From: an uncultured Nitrososphaerota archaeon
GTDB lineage: Archaea; Thermoproteota; Nitrososphaeria; Nitrososphaerales; Nitrosopumilaceae
Direction of reading: 5' to 3'
NCBI GenBank assembly: GCA_963824385.1
Contig: CAWGPD010000001.1
Span: forward strand, 242,136 to 306,135
Length of the DNA stretch: 64,000 nt
Within the stretch, counting starts at the first letter, position 1, and every line of letters starts with the position of its first letter. Position numbers and translations under genes: made by a program. The notes below the pieces were generated by a model, which was given only the letters and a program-made list of their open reading frames with translations, ran no database searches and was not told where the DNA came from. Below are positions 51,202-61,267 of the stretch, one piece after another.

Positions 51202-51342
51202 AATAAGATATTTACATATCATAGATTATTTTCAATTATAAGACTAGTAACAAATAACAGAAAATCCTTTCAAACCCTTAGAAGGTATGAAATATATTCA
51301 AAGACAGTATCATTGAAATATTTAGAACCCAAACTATACTAG

Positions 51343-51741
51343 TTGAAAAGATCACTTTTTACACTAATCATAGTAGGAGGCTTTTCAGTTATAATCATAT
51401 ACCTAGTAACAAGTTTTCTTCCCTTTGCTACCACGTCGGAGAAATATAGTATTTTGGTCGATCCAATCATCATTCAAGATGAGATGGGAACAGAGACACA
51501 TGTCACCATAAAAAATACTGGTACAGATACATTAACTAACATTATTGTAAATTATGGTGGAACTGCAAAACCTGATATAATTCCCAAATTAGATTCTGGA
51601 GAAAAGATTTCACTCTCACCACCAGAAGGAAGTGACTTAAAGTTCGTAATAGTAACTACAGCTGAAGGAATTGACATAACAAAAACATATCGAACTCCTG
51701 CTAGCGTAAGCTTTGTTGGAAATTCTGGGTACGGCGGATAA
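51343..51741 (+). CDS. Membrane-anchored Ig-like protein
   Basis: N-terminal TM; VTIKNTG..LTNI.V, L.SGE. Confidence 0.65.
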   Translation: MKRSLFTLIIVGGFSVIIIYLVTSFLPFATTSEKYSILVDPIIIQDEMGTETHVTIKNTGTDTLTNIIVNYGGTAKPDIIPKLDSGEKISLSPPEGSDLKFVIVTTAEGIDITKTYRTPASVSFVGNSGYGG

Positions 51742-51817
51742 CATATTATATTTTCATATCAATGCCACATCTAAAATAATTCTGAGAATTATTTTTACAA
51801 CAAAACAAATTCAAGAT

Positions 51818-52171
51818 TTATTTAGAATACTTTTTTGCGATTTTTATTAATTTTGAAGCTATTTTTTCAGCATCGGAATCTGGCATAACAGCACATAAAA
51901 TAATACCATACTGTCCAAGCGGGATGGTAATTCGTTTTGCTTTTTCATATTTTGCCATAGCATAAAGCGGTTCACCAAGAGTTCTATGAGACCTTCTAGT
52001 TACCCATCTAAGTGCAGCATCTGCAAGGGATTTTTCCACATCATTTTTGGTGTGCAGACTTTTAGATTTTTCTCGTTCCACATAATGAGAGTCTGCTCTA
52101 TAAGATACGGCAACCAGAAGAATTTCTGCGTCGGATTTCATAATTTCTTCACATATCGTTTCTAGATTCAT
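51818..52171 (-). CDS. Roadblock/profilin-fold (DUF6659-like) protein
   Basis: LETICEEIMKSDAEI; LGEPLYAMAKYEKAKRITIPL; ATGA overlap with the TPR gene. Confidence 0.75.
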   Translation of the reverse strand: MNLETICEEIMKSDAEILLVAVSYRADSHYVEREKSKSLHTKNDVEKSLADAALRWVTRRSHRTLGEPLYAMAKYEKAKRITIPLGQYGIILCAVMPDSDAEKIASKLIKIAKKYSK

Positions 52172-52572
52172 TGTTTCTTTCCCGAGAGAGCATCTCCTCT
52201 ATCATAGCATTTTTCTGCAGAATCAAATAATGTAATTGACCTGTTAATCATTTTTGGAGCATTAGTACGGTCATCATTTGCTTTGTCAACCAGAGACTGT
52301 GCAAAGTTTCTCAGAGCATTGGCTTTGTTAAACCAAGCATTAGCATATTCAGGTGAAATCTCAATTGCCTTATCATAACACGTAATGGCTTCTTCAAATC
52401 TTTTTAGTCGTGATAAGACAATCCCTTTGTTATTCCATGTACTGACATGATTTGGATCTAGTTCAAGTGCCTTGTCATATGCAATTAATGCATCATCATT
52501 ATTTCCATCTTTTGCTTGCTCATTACCTACATTATACCAAGAATTATGATTGTTACTTGTCATATGTGACAA
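52168..52572 (-). CDS. Tetratricopeptide repeat protein
   Basis: AYDKALELDP..WNNKG..EAITCYDKAIEISP. Confidence 0.92.
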   Translation of the reverse strand: MSHMTSNNHNSWYNVGNEQAKDGNNDDALIAYDKALELDPNHVSTWNNKGIVLSRLKRFEEAITCYDKAIEISPEYANAWFNKANALRNFAQSLVDKANDDRTNAPKMINRSITLFDSAEKCYDRGDALSGKKQ

Positions 52573-52659
52573 TATTTCATAGGGTTATTTTAAGAACAAG
52601 ATATCTACATCAATGAAAGAGAGGAGATTTTAATCACCAGTCTTTTTTGTGCCATTATA

Positions 52660-52938
52660 TCAACAATTTATCGTTTCTATAAACTCCATAACTTTATCAT
52701 CATAATTAAATGCCGCCAACTCTTTTACAATTGATTTTGTTATTTCGCGGTGATCTTCGCCAAAAACTTCTTGTAATATTTCCTTCAGATATCCAGGGTG
52801 TTTATGACATTCTATAATAGACGAGTTAAATTTCTTGGAGAGCTCATAGTTTACTTCATCTAAAAGTGGAATTCCACCTTTTTTAAGCAAAGTACTCTCT
52901 ATTGCTACTGAAACCAGAGATTCTTTTGTCAGATTCAT
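52660..52938 (-). CDS. Small helical protein resembling thaumarchaeal stand-alone output (NitrOD-like) domains
   Basis: AIESTL...EV..EL..KFN..I.EC..HP.YLKEIL.EVFG pattern; downstream of a PAS kinase. Confidence 0.6.
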   Translation of the reverse strand: MNLTKESLVSVAIESTLLKKGGIPLLDEVNYELSKKFNSSIIECHKHPGYLKEILQEVFGEDHREITKSIVKELAAFNYDDKVMEFIETINC

Positions 52939-53053
52939 CTATAGAAACATGATTCAATGAATTGATAAAAATCCAACCGTCATTTCATTTCAAATAGTTT
53001 ACAAAAATGGAATATTCTAACAAAGATCGGTTCCAATTTGGAAATCAAAAAAA

Positions 53054-54248
53054 TTATTTAGATAATCTTATTGGCATGGATATATCTTCAATTGGAAGCA
53101 AAATGTGAACCGATGTGCCCTTTCCCATCCCTTCAGAGTCGGCCCATATCTTTCCCCCATGATTATCAATAATTCCCTTACAGACGGACAATCCAAGACC
53201 AGTTCCCCCATGTTCTCGAGTTGCTTTGGTATCTACTTGATAGAATTTTACAAAGATTTGCTCAAGATCACTTTTAGCAATTCCTATACCATTATCTTTT
53301 ACTAGGATTTTTGCCATACCATCTTCTCTATATGATTTAATCAGTATGGTTCCGGTTTGTTTTGGAATAAAGTCTAAAGCATTTGTAATCAGGTTTGTCA
53401 ATACTTGCTGTATTCTTATTTTATCACAATAGCAAAAGAGTGCAGACATGAGATCAGTTGAAATTGTGATTTCTTTTTTCTCTGCACTTGGCTTCATCCT
53501 ATCTATGGATTCAGTAATAATTTGAGATAGACTTTGGATTTCCTTGTGCAGTACCAGCTGTCCAAGTTCAATTTTTTGTGAATCTAATATATCAGAGATT
53601 AATTTTAAAAGCGAATTGGAGTGTAGAACGAATAATTTCTAATCTCTCTTTTTGAGTAGAATTTAGAGGACCCAAAGCTTCTGAAAGCAGTATGTCAGCA
53701 TATCCCTTGATCGGAGCAAGAGGAGTTTTAAGTTCGTGTGTTATCATAGCCATAAATTCATCTTTAATCAGATTCAGTTTTTTAAGTTCATCTAGTTGTT
53801 TTGATACCAGTTCTTCCTTTGCTTGTATTTTATCTCTTACAAGATAAATCTCAGTAAGATCTATCAAAGATATAGTTCTTCCAATCAGATTACCTTTTAC
53901 ATCATAAACGCTTACTCCACTAAGTAACGTTGGAAATATTTTCCCATTTTTTCTTTTTACCCAGATTTCTTTGTGCGATATTTCATGAGTTTTTTTCCAT
54001 TTTTTTAATTCAGATTTTAACACAGTAATACTTTTTTCTGCAGTATGATCAAATATGGATTTTCCAATAATTTGTTTTTTTGCATAACCCAGTTTTTTCG
54101 CATATGCCGCATTACAAGACAATATGAAACCATTTTTGTCTATAGTTCTTTGTAGAACTGGTGAGTTTTCATAAATTTGTCTATAATCAATTTTATCTTC
54201 CAACTTCTTTTCTTTAGACTTGATTTTGTTCAGGGTTCTCATCTGCAA
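53054..54248 (-). CDS. PAS-domain sensor histidine kinase, frameshifted near 53620
   Basis: PAS domain (N.AY...LGY...IIGKS, RKNGK.FP), H-box THELKTPL; QVLTNLITNA, DNGIGI, GGTGLGL in the second ORF. Confidence 0.9.
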
Positions 54249-54382
54249 ATAATTAAGATCTCTAGAATATTAGGTATCAACGTAGTCAAATTAAACAAAA
54301 TAATAGTATAAAAATTCGTTAACGGATTGATTTTAAAACATTTACTTGTGTTCAGAGCACAATAACTAGAAAAATAAAGATG

Positions 54383-54752
54383 TCATGGGATGGATTTCAT
54401 ACACATTCCATAGATTTCAATTGGTGGAGCAGTACTCGTATATTTACCAGCAAAATATCGTGCAGAGACAAGCCATTGTTTTCCATCTTCAGAAGGTCCA
54501 TTTTGATAAACAGACAATCCATCTTTGAAATTAGTCTGATATCCACCACCGGTTAGAATTTCATCGTCATTACATGATATTTGTGCGTAGACTATCATAT
54601 CCTATTGCAAGTGATGAATTTGTTCTTACAACTACAAGTCCCTTACTTTCTTTCAAGTTTAATGTCGAATTTGTTGAAAATGCATTTGCATATAATATAA
54701 CTACACATGTTAGCCCTACACAAAAAATTAAGAGAACTAATCTTGTATGCAC
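54383..54752 (-). CDS. Small secreted protein, frameshifted near 54595
   Basis: Signal peptide in the 5' ORF; SC..DE..TGGG...W...Y.MC in the 3' ORF. Confidence 0.6.
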
Positions 54753-54813
54753 ATAATCATGATCAGCAAACTTACTAATAAGGACGTGATTATTTCACTA
54801 GGCAAGAGATCAT

Positions 54814-55044
54814 TTACTTGCCACAGTATTTTAGCCATACATTATTTGAGACGTCACCATAATATTTGATACAAGCCTCACAAAAAGAATCCCATTCATC
54901 AATTTTTAACATATCAAAGAATTCTTTTGTCCAATCATATGAAGGAGATTGTCTATACTGAAATTGTTGAATTGTGTAGATCTCTTTTTCTTGGAATTTA
55001 TTTAGGCACCTTTTGCATTGAGCATTCTTCTTCATTATTTTCAA
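54814..55044 (-). CDS. Small CxxC...CxxC protein
   Basis: CKRC ... FCEAC. Confidence 0.6.
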   Translation of the reverse strand: MKIMKKNAQCKRCLNKFQEKEIYTIQQFQYRQSPSYDWTKEFFDMLKIDEWDSFCEACIKYYGDVSNNVWLKYCGK

Positions 55045-55115
55045 ATTATCCGGTGTTTAGTAATAAATCATGTAATGAATAAAGATATCAAGTAACTCTA
55101 TAGAATAAACTTGGA

Positions 55116-55958
55116 TTGAAACAGAATATCATAACAATAATTTGTGACTGTGATGAAACACTTGCTCCAGACACCACTGGGTTTTTGCTTGATTACAATG
55201 GATTATCCCAGAAATTATTCTGGGAGAACATATCCAAAATGGTCTCTCAGGGATGGGATCCGCCTTTAGCATACATGAATGAGATTGTAGAGTTGATGAG
55301 GTCTGGCCATATTGAACAAGATACCAATGAAAAATTAGCTGCACTTGGAGAACATATTACTCCATACAAAGGAGTTCCAGAATTCATACCAGAATTAAAA
55401 TCAATGATAAAACAAAACAAGGATTTTGTCAGGGCTGGCATTACCCTTGAGTGCTACATCATATCATCTGGAATTGAAGATCTAATCAAAGGTAGTATTC
55501 TTACAAAATATTTTGATGACATATTTGCTGGAAGGTTTACAATAGATATGAACGGTACAATCATAGGAATAAAATCAAGTGTTACGTTTACAGAGAAAAC
55601 CAAATTCCTGTATGCGATTAACAAGGGAATATCTGGAAGTGACCTACGAAAAAAACCATATCTTGTAAACAATGCAGTCAAGCGTACAGATAGGAGAATT
55701 CCTTTTGAGCATATGATATACTTGGGAGATGGACCAAGTGACATCCCATGTTTTTCTGCAATTCGAGGATATGGAGGAAATCGTGTTGGCATAGTTGGAA
55801 AAGATTCAGCCATCAAAGGATATGAACTTGCCAGAGGTAAAAGAACAACAGTAGGTCCGTATTCTCGAGATTATCGAAAAGGAAGTGACTTGCGAATGAT
55901 GTTGGAGACAATAATTTACAAAGTTGGATATCAGATCGTGGCAAAACATAAAGAATAG
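55116..55958 (+). CDS. HAD-superfamily hydrolase
   Basis: DCDETL, IISSG, EKT, YLGDGPSDIPCF. Confidence 0.9.
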   Translation: MKQNIITIICDCDETLAPDTTGFLLDYNGLSQKLFWENISKMVSQGWDPPLAYMNEIVELMRSGHIEQDTNEKLAALGEHITPYKGVPEFIPELKSMIKQNKDFVRAGITLECYIISSGIEDLIKGSILTKYFDDIFAGRFTIDMNGTIIGIKSSVTFTEKTKFLYAINKGISGSDLRKKPYLVNNAVKRTDRRIPFEHMIYLGDGPSDIPCFSAIRGYGGNRVGIVGKDSAIKGYELARGKRTTVGPYSRDYRKGSDLRMMLETIIYKVGYQIVAKHKE

Positions 55959-56034
55959 TTTTATAAAAAATAATAAAAAAAATATCTCCACTTAACATGA
56001 TGATAAATGTTTAAAATTGTCAAGAAAGAACAAT

Positions 56035-56673
56035 TTATTTTAATGATGATATTTTTAGTTTAGAAAAGAAGATCAGTGATATCATACTTATAATTAATAC
56101 AATAGGTACAAATGGAAATTCGGGTATCATTTTATGATTCATTCCCGTAGAACTAAACGAAGTGGAGGACATAGTAGTACCATCAGGATAAACAAGTGAG
56201 ACAGTTATTGCATCATCACCGCTTGCAGCAATATATCCATCTGTCGGACCGCAAATTGGAGAACATGTAGAAGTAGTTGAAGACAATATCACATATCCTA
56301 CAAAATCTCCTGTGTTAAACCCAGTCTCAACAAGTCGGTACTGAATACTACTTTCTCTAGTTGAGACAATCACTTTACTTCCATCCTCTCCTATTGTATC
56401 TATTGCATAAGGATTTGAATTGAAATCAGGGGCATGAATCAGAATATTAACCTTGGAACCAGGGGAAAGAATATCTGGAGATATTATAATCGAGGGAGAA
56501 TTATTTGAAGAGACATACTGTGTTCTGCAGTCTACATTTGTAGTGCAAGATGCATAAACATCCACAATTGAAATGATTGAATAAGAAATTCCAATCAGTA
56601 TTACTAGAATTGAGAAACGTAAAAGTTTTAGTTTATTAATTTTATACCTCAAAGTAAATCCAGTCAACTGCAA
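56035..56673 (-). CDS. PEF-CTERM protein with S-layer-like Ig domain, paralogous to 29768-31003
   Basis: APDFNS.P..ID, YRLVETG.NTG.F.GYV, C.PICGPTDG; C-terminal IPEFP + TM. Confidence 0.8.
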   Translation of the reverse strand: MQLTGFTLRYKINKLKLLRFSILVILIGISYSIISIVDVYASCTTNVDCRTQYVSSNNSPSIIISPDILSPGSKVNILIHAPDFNSNPYAIDTIGEDGSKVIVSTRESSIQYRLVETGFNTGDFVGYVILSSTTSTCSPICGPTDGYIAASGDDAITVSLVYPDGTTMSSTSFSSTGMNHKMIPEFPFVPIVLIISMISLIFFSKLKISSLK

Positions 56674-56676
56674 TGC

Positions 56677-56799
56677 TTAGAAATTGTTGCCAAATTTTTT
56701 CATATGTTCATTTACCTCATCTAGGACAGAAGGAGATTTGTCCTCTGCATTATGCGCACTTTTATGAATATGGTCTTCGATTCTTTCGAAGGTGATCAT
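56677..56799 (-). CDS. Possible 40-aa microprotein
   Basis: MITFERIEDHIHKSAHNAEDKSPSVLDEVNEHMKKFGNNF*. Confidence 0.4.
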   Translation of the reverse strand: MITFERIEDHIHKSAHNAEDKSPSVLDEVNEHMKKFGNNF

Positions 56800-56875
56800 G
56801 ATATTTGAATTATATTATGCATGTAGATAAGACTGTCGAATAATTTCATCAAAAATGTATTAAAAAATTTTATTA

Positions 56876-57256
56876 TCAATTTTTGATTTGCGTCTTGTTT
56901 TGATTTAATTTTTCTACAACTTTCATGTAAGAGTCAATAAAGTCTTGGGCATACATGTTCGCGCGTTTTTCTGATCCTCTATGAGTTCCCTGCTTTGAGC
57001 GAATATGGTGATAATATTCATGTAAAACAACAAAAGGGTTATAGAAAATCTCAGAATTTAATGCATAAATTTTTTTTTCTTGTACAACATATACAGCATA
57101 AACAGTTCTTCGTTTCTTTTTGATTGTACCCACTACAATTTCAGGAGTATCAATTTTATACAATTCACTTAGATTCTCCAATGCGATCTCTGTCTTTTTA
57201 TCTAAAATCAAAGCTACTATCTTTGCTTTTGCCAAATCATCAAGTTCATTCATCAT
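56876..57256 (-). CDS. Minimal zincin-like (HExxH) protein
   Basis: VVLHEYYHH followed by E..AN.YA. Confidence 0.75.
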   Translation of the reverse strand: MMNELDDLAKAKIVALILDKKTEIALENLSELYKIDTPEIVVGTIKKKRRTVYAVYVVQEKKIYALNSEIFYNPFVVLHEYYHHIRSKQGTHRGSEKRANMYAQDFIDSYMKVVEKLNQNKTQIKN

Positions 57257-57390
57257 AGGGAAATAACATATGTATGATATAACAGGATCTTGCTAAACAT
57301 CAATTCAATGTCATGGTTTCATATGAAAAAATTTATCGGCACTTTAGGAATGCATTAATAATGGATTTTAAAAATATTAAACGGGATAGT

Positions 57391-57952
57391 GTGACAGAAA
57401 CAAAAAAAGATAAGAGTCATTCAAAGGAGAATAAAATAAAACCAGTCTGGCAAAAACAAGTTTATTGCACTTGGAGTTATTGCGGCCATAATAGCTACAG
57501 CGTCATATTTCATTTATAATAGTGATAATACGGTTGATAGTAGATTTCCTTCAATTGATGGCATACCATGTGAGACTCAGGAATACTTTACATTTCATGT
57601 TCATGCACATATGGATATTTTTGTTAATGATCAACACGTTGGGATTCCAGCTCAAGTAGGAATAACAAACACATGCCTGTATTGGCTACATACTCATACT
57701 CCTGATGGAATAATACACATAGAATCACCAAAAGAGAGAGAATTCACAGTAGGGGAGTTTTTGGATATTTTGAAATCAACTAGTAAAATATCATCAATTC
57801 CAGATAATGAACCAATAATTTTCATAAATGGAAATTTGGTATCTACAAAATTAAATGACACTGCCATGAATGCTCACGATGAGATTGTTCTAGTATACGG
57901 AAATGTTCCACAAAACATGCCAACATTTTATCAATTCCCAGAAGGATTGTAA
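57391..57952 (+). CDS. Membrane-anchored His-motif metal-binding protein, frameshifted near 57445
   Basis: TM FIALGVIAAIIATA, then FHVHAH, LHTH..DG.IHIE. Confidence 0.75.
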
Positions 57953-58064
57953 AGATTTGTCCTTCATTCTAACTAGAACTTAACATTTTATGTACAATAC
58001 GATTTTAGCTTTGTGCTAAAATATACTTTTTACAAATTTTTTGCAAATAAACAATTTACTTTAT

Positions 58065-58634
58065 TCAGCTGCAACCAAGTTCATTCATTATTTTTGCAAC
58101 TACACTAGATGATATTGTTGAATTGGTAAGAGTTGCATTTACTGTTTGGCAAACAGAATATGGTACAGTGGGAGGTGTTGGAATCGGAGTAGGAATTGGC
58201 GGGGTGGATGGAGGCGTTGGAGTTGGCGTAGGAATTGGCTGGGGGGATGATGGAGGAGATGGCATAGTGTATGTAGGATTATAATTTTGAGTAGGAATTT
58301 GTGGCGTTGATGGAGTAGCTGGCATAGTGTATGTAGGATTATAATTTGGGAGATAGCTCGATGCAGCATTTTGGAAATTTTTTCCATGCCCATAACTAAA
58401 CTGAGCCTTACTGAGACTTTCTGAAAGCCGGGTCCATTCTCCAGGTAGACACATGTGATCTCCACAGATTAGGGTATTGCCAGTTCTCGCAGTAAGATGT
58501 TGATCATGCAAGATGGAAAAGTCACGTTTTACTAATTCGTATGCGGATGCAGGAGTTATTTGTCCCAATACAGATGTTATTAAAATTGCCATAATAGATA
58601 TGGCAAATATTATCTTCCTGACAGCATATGGCAT
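58065..58634 (-). CDS. Secreted Pro/Thr-rich protein
   Basis: Signal peptide, ICGDHMC motif, PT-rich linker. Confidence 0.7.
   Translation of the reverse strand: MPYAVRKIIFAISIMAILITSVLGQITPASAYELVKRDFSILHDQHLTARTGNTLICGDHMCLPGEWTRLSESLSKAQFSYGHGKNFQNAASSYLPNYNPTYTMPATPSTPQIPTQNYNPTYTMPSPPSSPQPIPTPTPTPPSTPPIPTPIPTPPTVPYSVCQTVNATLTNSTISSSVVAKIMNELGCS
58261..58347. repeat. 27-bp direct repeat, two copies with 60-bp period, within a CDS
   Basis: ggcatagtgtatgtaggattataattt at 58261 and 58321; encodes NYNPTYTMP. Confidence 0.9.
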
Positions 58635-58730
58635 TAGAATCCACCTAGCATTTCTCACATTTAAAAATACCTCAAGATTTCACCCATGATTATCACATTC
58701 AAAACATGCCTAAACTACAAAAGAAACGAT

Positions 58731-59036
58731 TTACAGAGTCTTTGCCTTGAACTGGAAAAAAACTTCTTTTCGTATTCCTTCTTGGTCCCATGCGGCAACT
58801 TTGTATCTACCTGAAATTTTCCATTGTTTAGTATCAAATCGTAATACGTTAGAGTAAGAACCTTTTTGTGAGTTAATGTACTGGTCTTCACTAAACATCT
58901 CTTTTTCAGACGGATCCAATACAACCAGATGCATTGCAAGTTTTGGAGTAAGCGATTCATAATCTAATTTTATTTTGACATATTCTCCTTCAGTATAAAT
59001 CGCCTTGTCAATGTTTAGAGTGATTTTATTTGGCAC
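58731..59036 (-). CDS. Small Ig-like hypothetical protein
   Basis: DKAIY.EGE.V.I, V.DP, W..SG.Y.V. Confidence 0.6.
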   Translation of the reverse strand: MPNKITLNIDKAIYTEGEYVKIKLDYESLTPKLAMHLVVLDPSEKEMFSEDQYINSQKGSYSNVLRFDTKQWKISGRYKVAAWDQEGIRKEVFFQFKAKTL

Positions 59037-59123
59037 TGTTTTGATTCATTTGTCTATAATTTAAAAATATAGTCACATCATACCAAGTTCAAATTTCATC
59101 TATTATACACATTGAATTTAATG

Positions 59124-59753
59124 TTATTTTTTCCTAGACTTTTCTCTAGTAATGACGTGAAGTATGGATTCAGTCAAACCTGGTCTTCTAGTAGGCGAGA
59201 GAAACATTGCAAGATCTGTAGCAGTTACAATTCCAACTGCTTTTCCTTGTTGTAACACAGGAAGTTTACGAATTTTATTTTTTATTATCAGATCTGCTAC
59301 TTCTTCTACAGTTTGTCTAGAAGATGCGTAAATCAGAGGTCTTGTGGCAAACTCTCCTAGATTTCTATTCTTAAATGAAATATCAGATTTGGACACTCCT
59401 TTTACAATATCTCCTTTAGTAACAATACCAAGAGGTTTCCCTTTTGAAGTAACAACTATACAGCCTACTCTTTTTTTTGCCATAATTTTTGATGCATCGT
59501 AGACGGTCTTATTAGATTCAAGTGCAACAACCGTTCTAGTCATTATTTTTTCTATAAGCGTTTGGCTATGCGCAACAAGAACTTCCAATGCTTCGTTCTT
59601 TCGTATCTTGTCTATCATGGTCTGAACTTGTGTCATACTCATGTCTGCTTGATAAGATATTGATTCTACCGACAGGTCTGAATGATGATACAGTGTATCA
59701 ATGAGATTCTTTTTTCTATCTAGTTCGGATTGAGTACCTTTAATGACCATCAT
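59124..59753 (-). CDS. CBS-domain protein with N-terminal HTH-like region
   Basis: TVYDASKIM...GIVT..D; TVEEVADL...IRKLPV...GIVT.TD. Confidence 0.9.
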   Translation of the reverse strand: MMVIKGTQSELDRKKNLIDTLYHHSDLSVESISYQADMSMTQVQTMIDKIRKNEALEVLVAHSQTLIEKIMTRTVVALESNKTVYDASKIMAKKRVGCIVVTSKGKPLGIVTKGDIVKGVSKSDISFKNRNLGEFATRPLIYASSRQTVEEVADLIIKNKIRKLPVLQQGKAVGIVTATDLAMFLSPTRRPGLTESILHVITREKSRKK

Positions 59754-59912
59754 ATTCTTGATGATATTTTCTTGTCAGATTATTAAAGAACTAGCTGACA
59801 ATCAAGAGAGCTAGAATATCCTTTTCCTTGAATTATGTCTTATATCATACTCCCATTTTATATAATAAAAAATCAGAGTTTCTTTTTATTCCATAAGACC
59901 TCAGTAGATTCT

Positions 59913-60164
59913 ATGTTTAGAGAATTTCCTGAGCTCAAACCACCAAAAGGAAAATTTCGAATAATTGGAATAGAAAAGTTTGAGATTCCAGGAGAAGGGC
60001 ATTGGGTAGTAGAAGATCTTGACAACCGGGAAGAGGCAATTAAGAAAGCGACAGAGATGACCAAAAATGCTTCAAAGGATGCGGCTCATCCAAGTGTAGC
60101 TACTGTGTTTTATGTTTATGATGAGAATGGGGAATATCTAGGTGGCGATATTCATTCCAAATAG
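59913..60164 (+). CDS. Hypothetical protein
   Basis: 83 aa from ATG 59913; PPKGKFRIIG, FYVYDENG.YLGGD. Confidence 0.7.
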   Translation: MFREFPELKPPKGKFRIIGIEKFEIPGEGHWVVEDLDNREEAIKKATEMTKNASKDAAHPSVATVFYVYDENGEYLGGDIHSK

Positions 60165-60299
60165 TCAGATCTTAAGATCATCCGATTTATTGATGGAGAC
60201 GTTTTGCTCTCTTCTTCTTTTAAGGTACAAGCTAATTGCACAAAAAGTCATTGCTCCAAGTAAAATTATTCCAGGCATTACCCAGCCTATGTTCATCAT
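60165..60299 (-). CDS. Possible single-TM microprotein (44 aa)
   Basis: MMNIGWVMPGIILLGAMTFCAISLYLKRRREQ...; ATGA overlap with the upstream small ORF. Confidence 0.45.
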   Translation of the reverse strand: MMNIGWVMPGIILLGAMTFCAISLYLKRRREQNVSINKSDDLKI

Positions 60300-60436
60300 A
60301 GTGATTTGAATTTCTTTATTGCTTCTCTTGTCAAGCGCTCTTTTTCTTCCTCGGTAATTATTGTAGGATCATCGGAGGCCAAAGCCTTGTTATAATCATC
60401 TTCGGTATTTGATTTCATCTTTCTTTTTTCGTCCAT
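60296..60436 (-). CDS. Possible 46-aa charged microprotein
   Basis: MDEKRKMKSNTEDDYNKALASDDPTIITEEEKERLTREAIKKFKSL*. Confidence 0.45.
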   Translation of the reverse strand: MDEKRKMKSNTEDDYNKALASDDPTIITEEEKERLTREAIKKFKSL

Positions 60437-60475
60437 GTAATATTATGAATCTCTACTCTATTATATTTATCAGAA

Positions 60476-60793
60476 TCATTCCATTTTAGTTTCATCTACA
60501 ACAAAGTGCTTCATTAATGAAATAATATACGAAGATGTCCTGATATTTTCATGAGAATAATTTGGATGAATAAATCGCATCTTTTCGTGCATAGACATGG
60601 ATTTTGTCCAAATCTGTCTCATTTGAGATCTATCAATAGGCCACAAAGTATCACTAGTGGAAACCATTATTCTCCCTCCAGAATATTTGGCAGAAAAAGG
60701 CTTGCTCTGGGTTGTAAATTGTTTAGAGGTTGCAAGTTCTGCTACCATTAAATTCCAAAAATCATCAAATTTCATCATTACAGTAATGAACAA
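60476..60793 (-). CDS. Hypothetical protein
   Basis: 105-aa ORF with AT-rich codon usage. Confidence 0.6.
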   Translation of the reverse strand: MFITVMMKFDDFWNLMVAELATSKQFTTQSKPFSAKYSGGRIMVSTSDTLWPIDRSQMRQIWTKSMSMHEKMRFIHPNYSHENIRTSSYIISLMKHFVVDETKME

Positions 60794-60845
60794 TCTTTGA
60801 TTTAACTAGTTTCACCCTGATTCAGTTTTCTGTTATGTTTTTGTT

Positions 60846-60871
60846 AATTTTACTTGATTCAGTTTCTTGCT
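60846..60871 (+). other. Degraded nanopore-adapter-like sequence at the chimeric junction
   Basis: AATTTTACTTGATTCAGTTTCTTGCT resembles the ONT adapter AATGTACTTCGTTCAGTTACGTATTGCT; GC content jumps immediately after it. Confidence 0.7.
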
Positions 60872-61267
60872 AGGAAAGGGGCAACGTGCTTGTTGCGGGC
60901 CACCTCTTCCGCCAACGGTTCATCGAGCGCCGATAGCACTAAACCTCGTGGGTCGCGAGCGAGGCGCAGCCGGCCGTAGCGCGAGGCATAATCACGGATC
61001 CCCACCATCACGTGCTCGGGGACCGGATACTTGGAGAATTCCTCCAGAGTTTCGACGATTTCCCGGGCAGTGACGCCCGCCGCACAAGCGTTCCAAATCG
61101 AGAGCGGCGTCACGCGGTAGGTGTGCACGTGCTCGGGCGCTTTGACCAACTCGGCGAAGCCGACCAAGCCGGTCGCGTGCCTCGAGGTAGCGCGGGCTCG
61201 CCACCTCGACCAGAATGGTGTGGTCACCCTGAACAATCAGCGGATTTTCAGCTTGGGAACTGGCCAT
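60872..61267 (-). CDS. Bacterial XPB/Ssl2-family helicase, N-terminal fragment (truncated, frameshifted)
   Basis: NPLIVQGDHTILVEV, FAELVKAPEHVHTYRVTPLSIWNA, RYGRL; cut off at the junction. Confidence 0.88.

Noticed and set aside
58261..58347. 27-bp repeat with a 33-bp gap as a mini-CRISPR
   Set aside because: Only two copies, both in frame within a Pro-rich coding region (NYNPTYTMP); no leader or cas genes.
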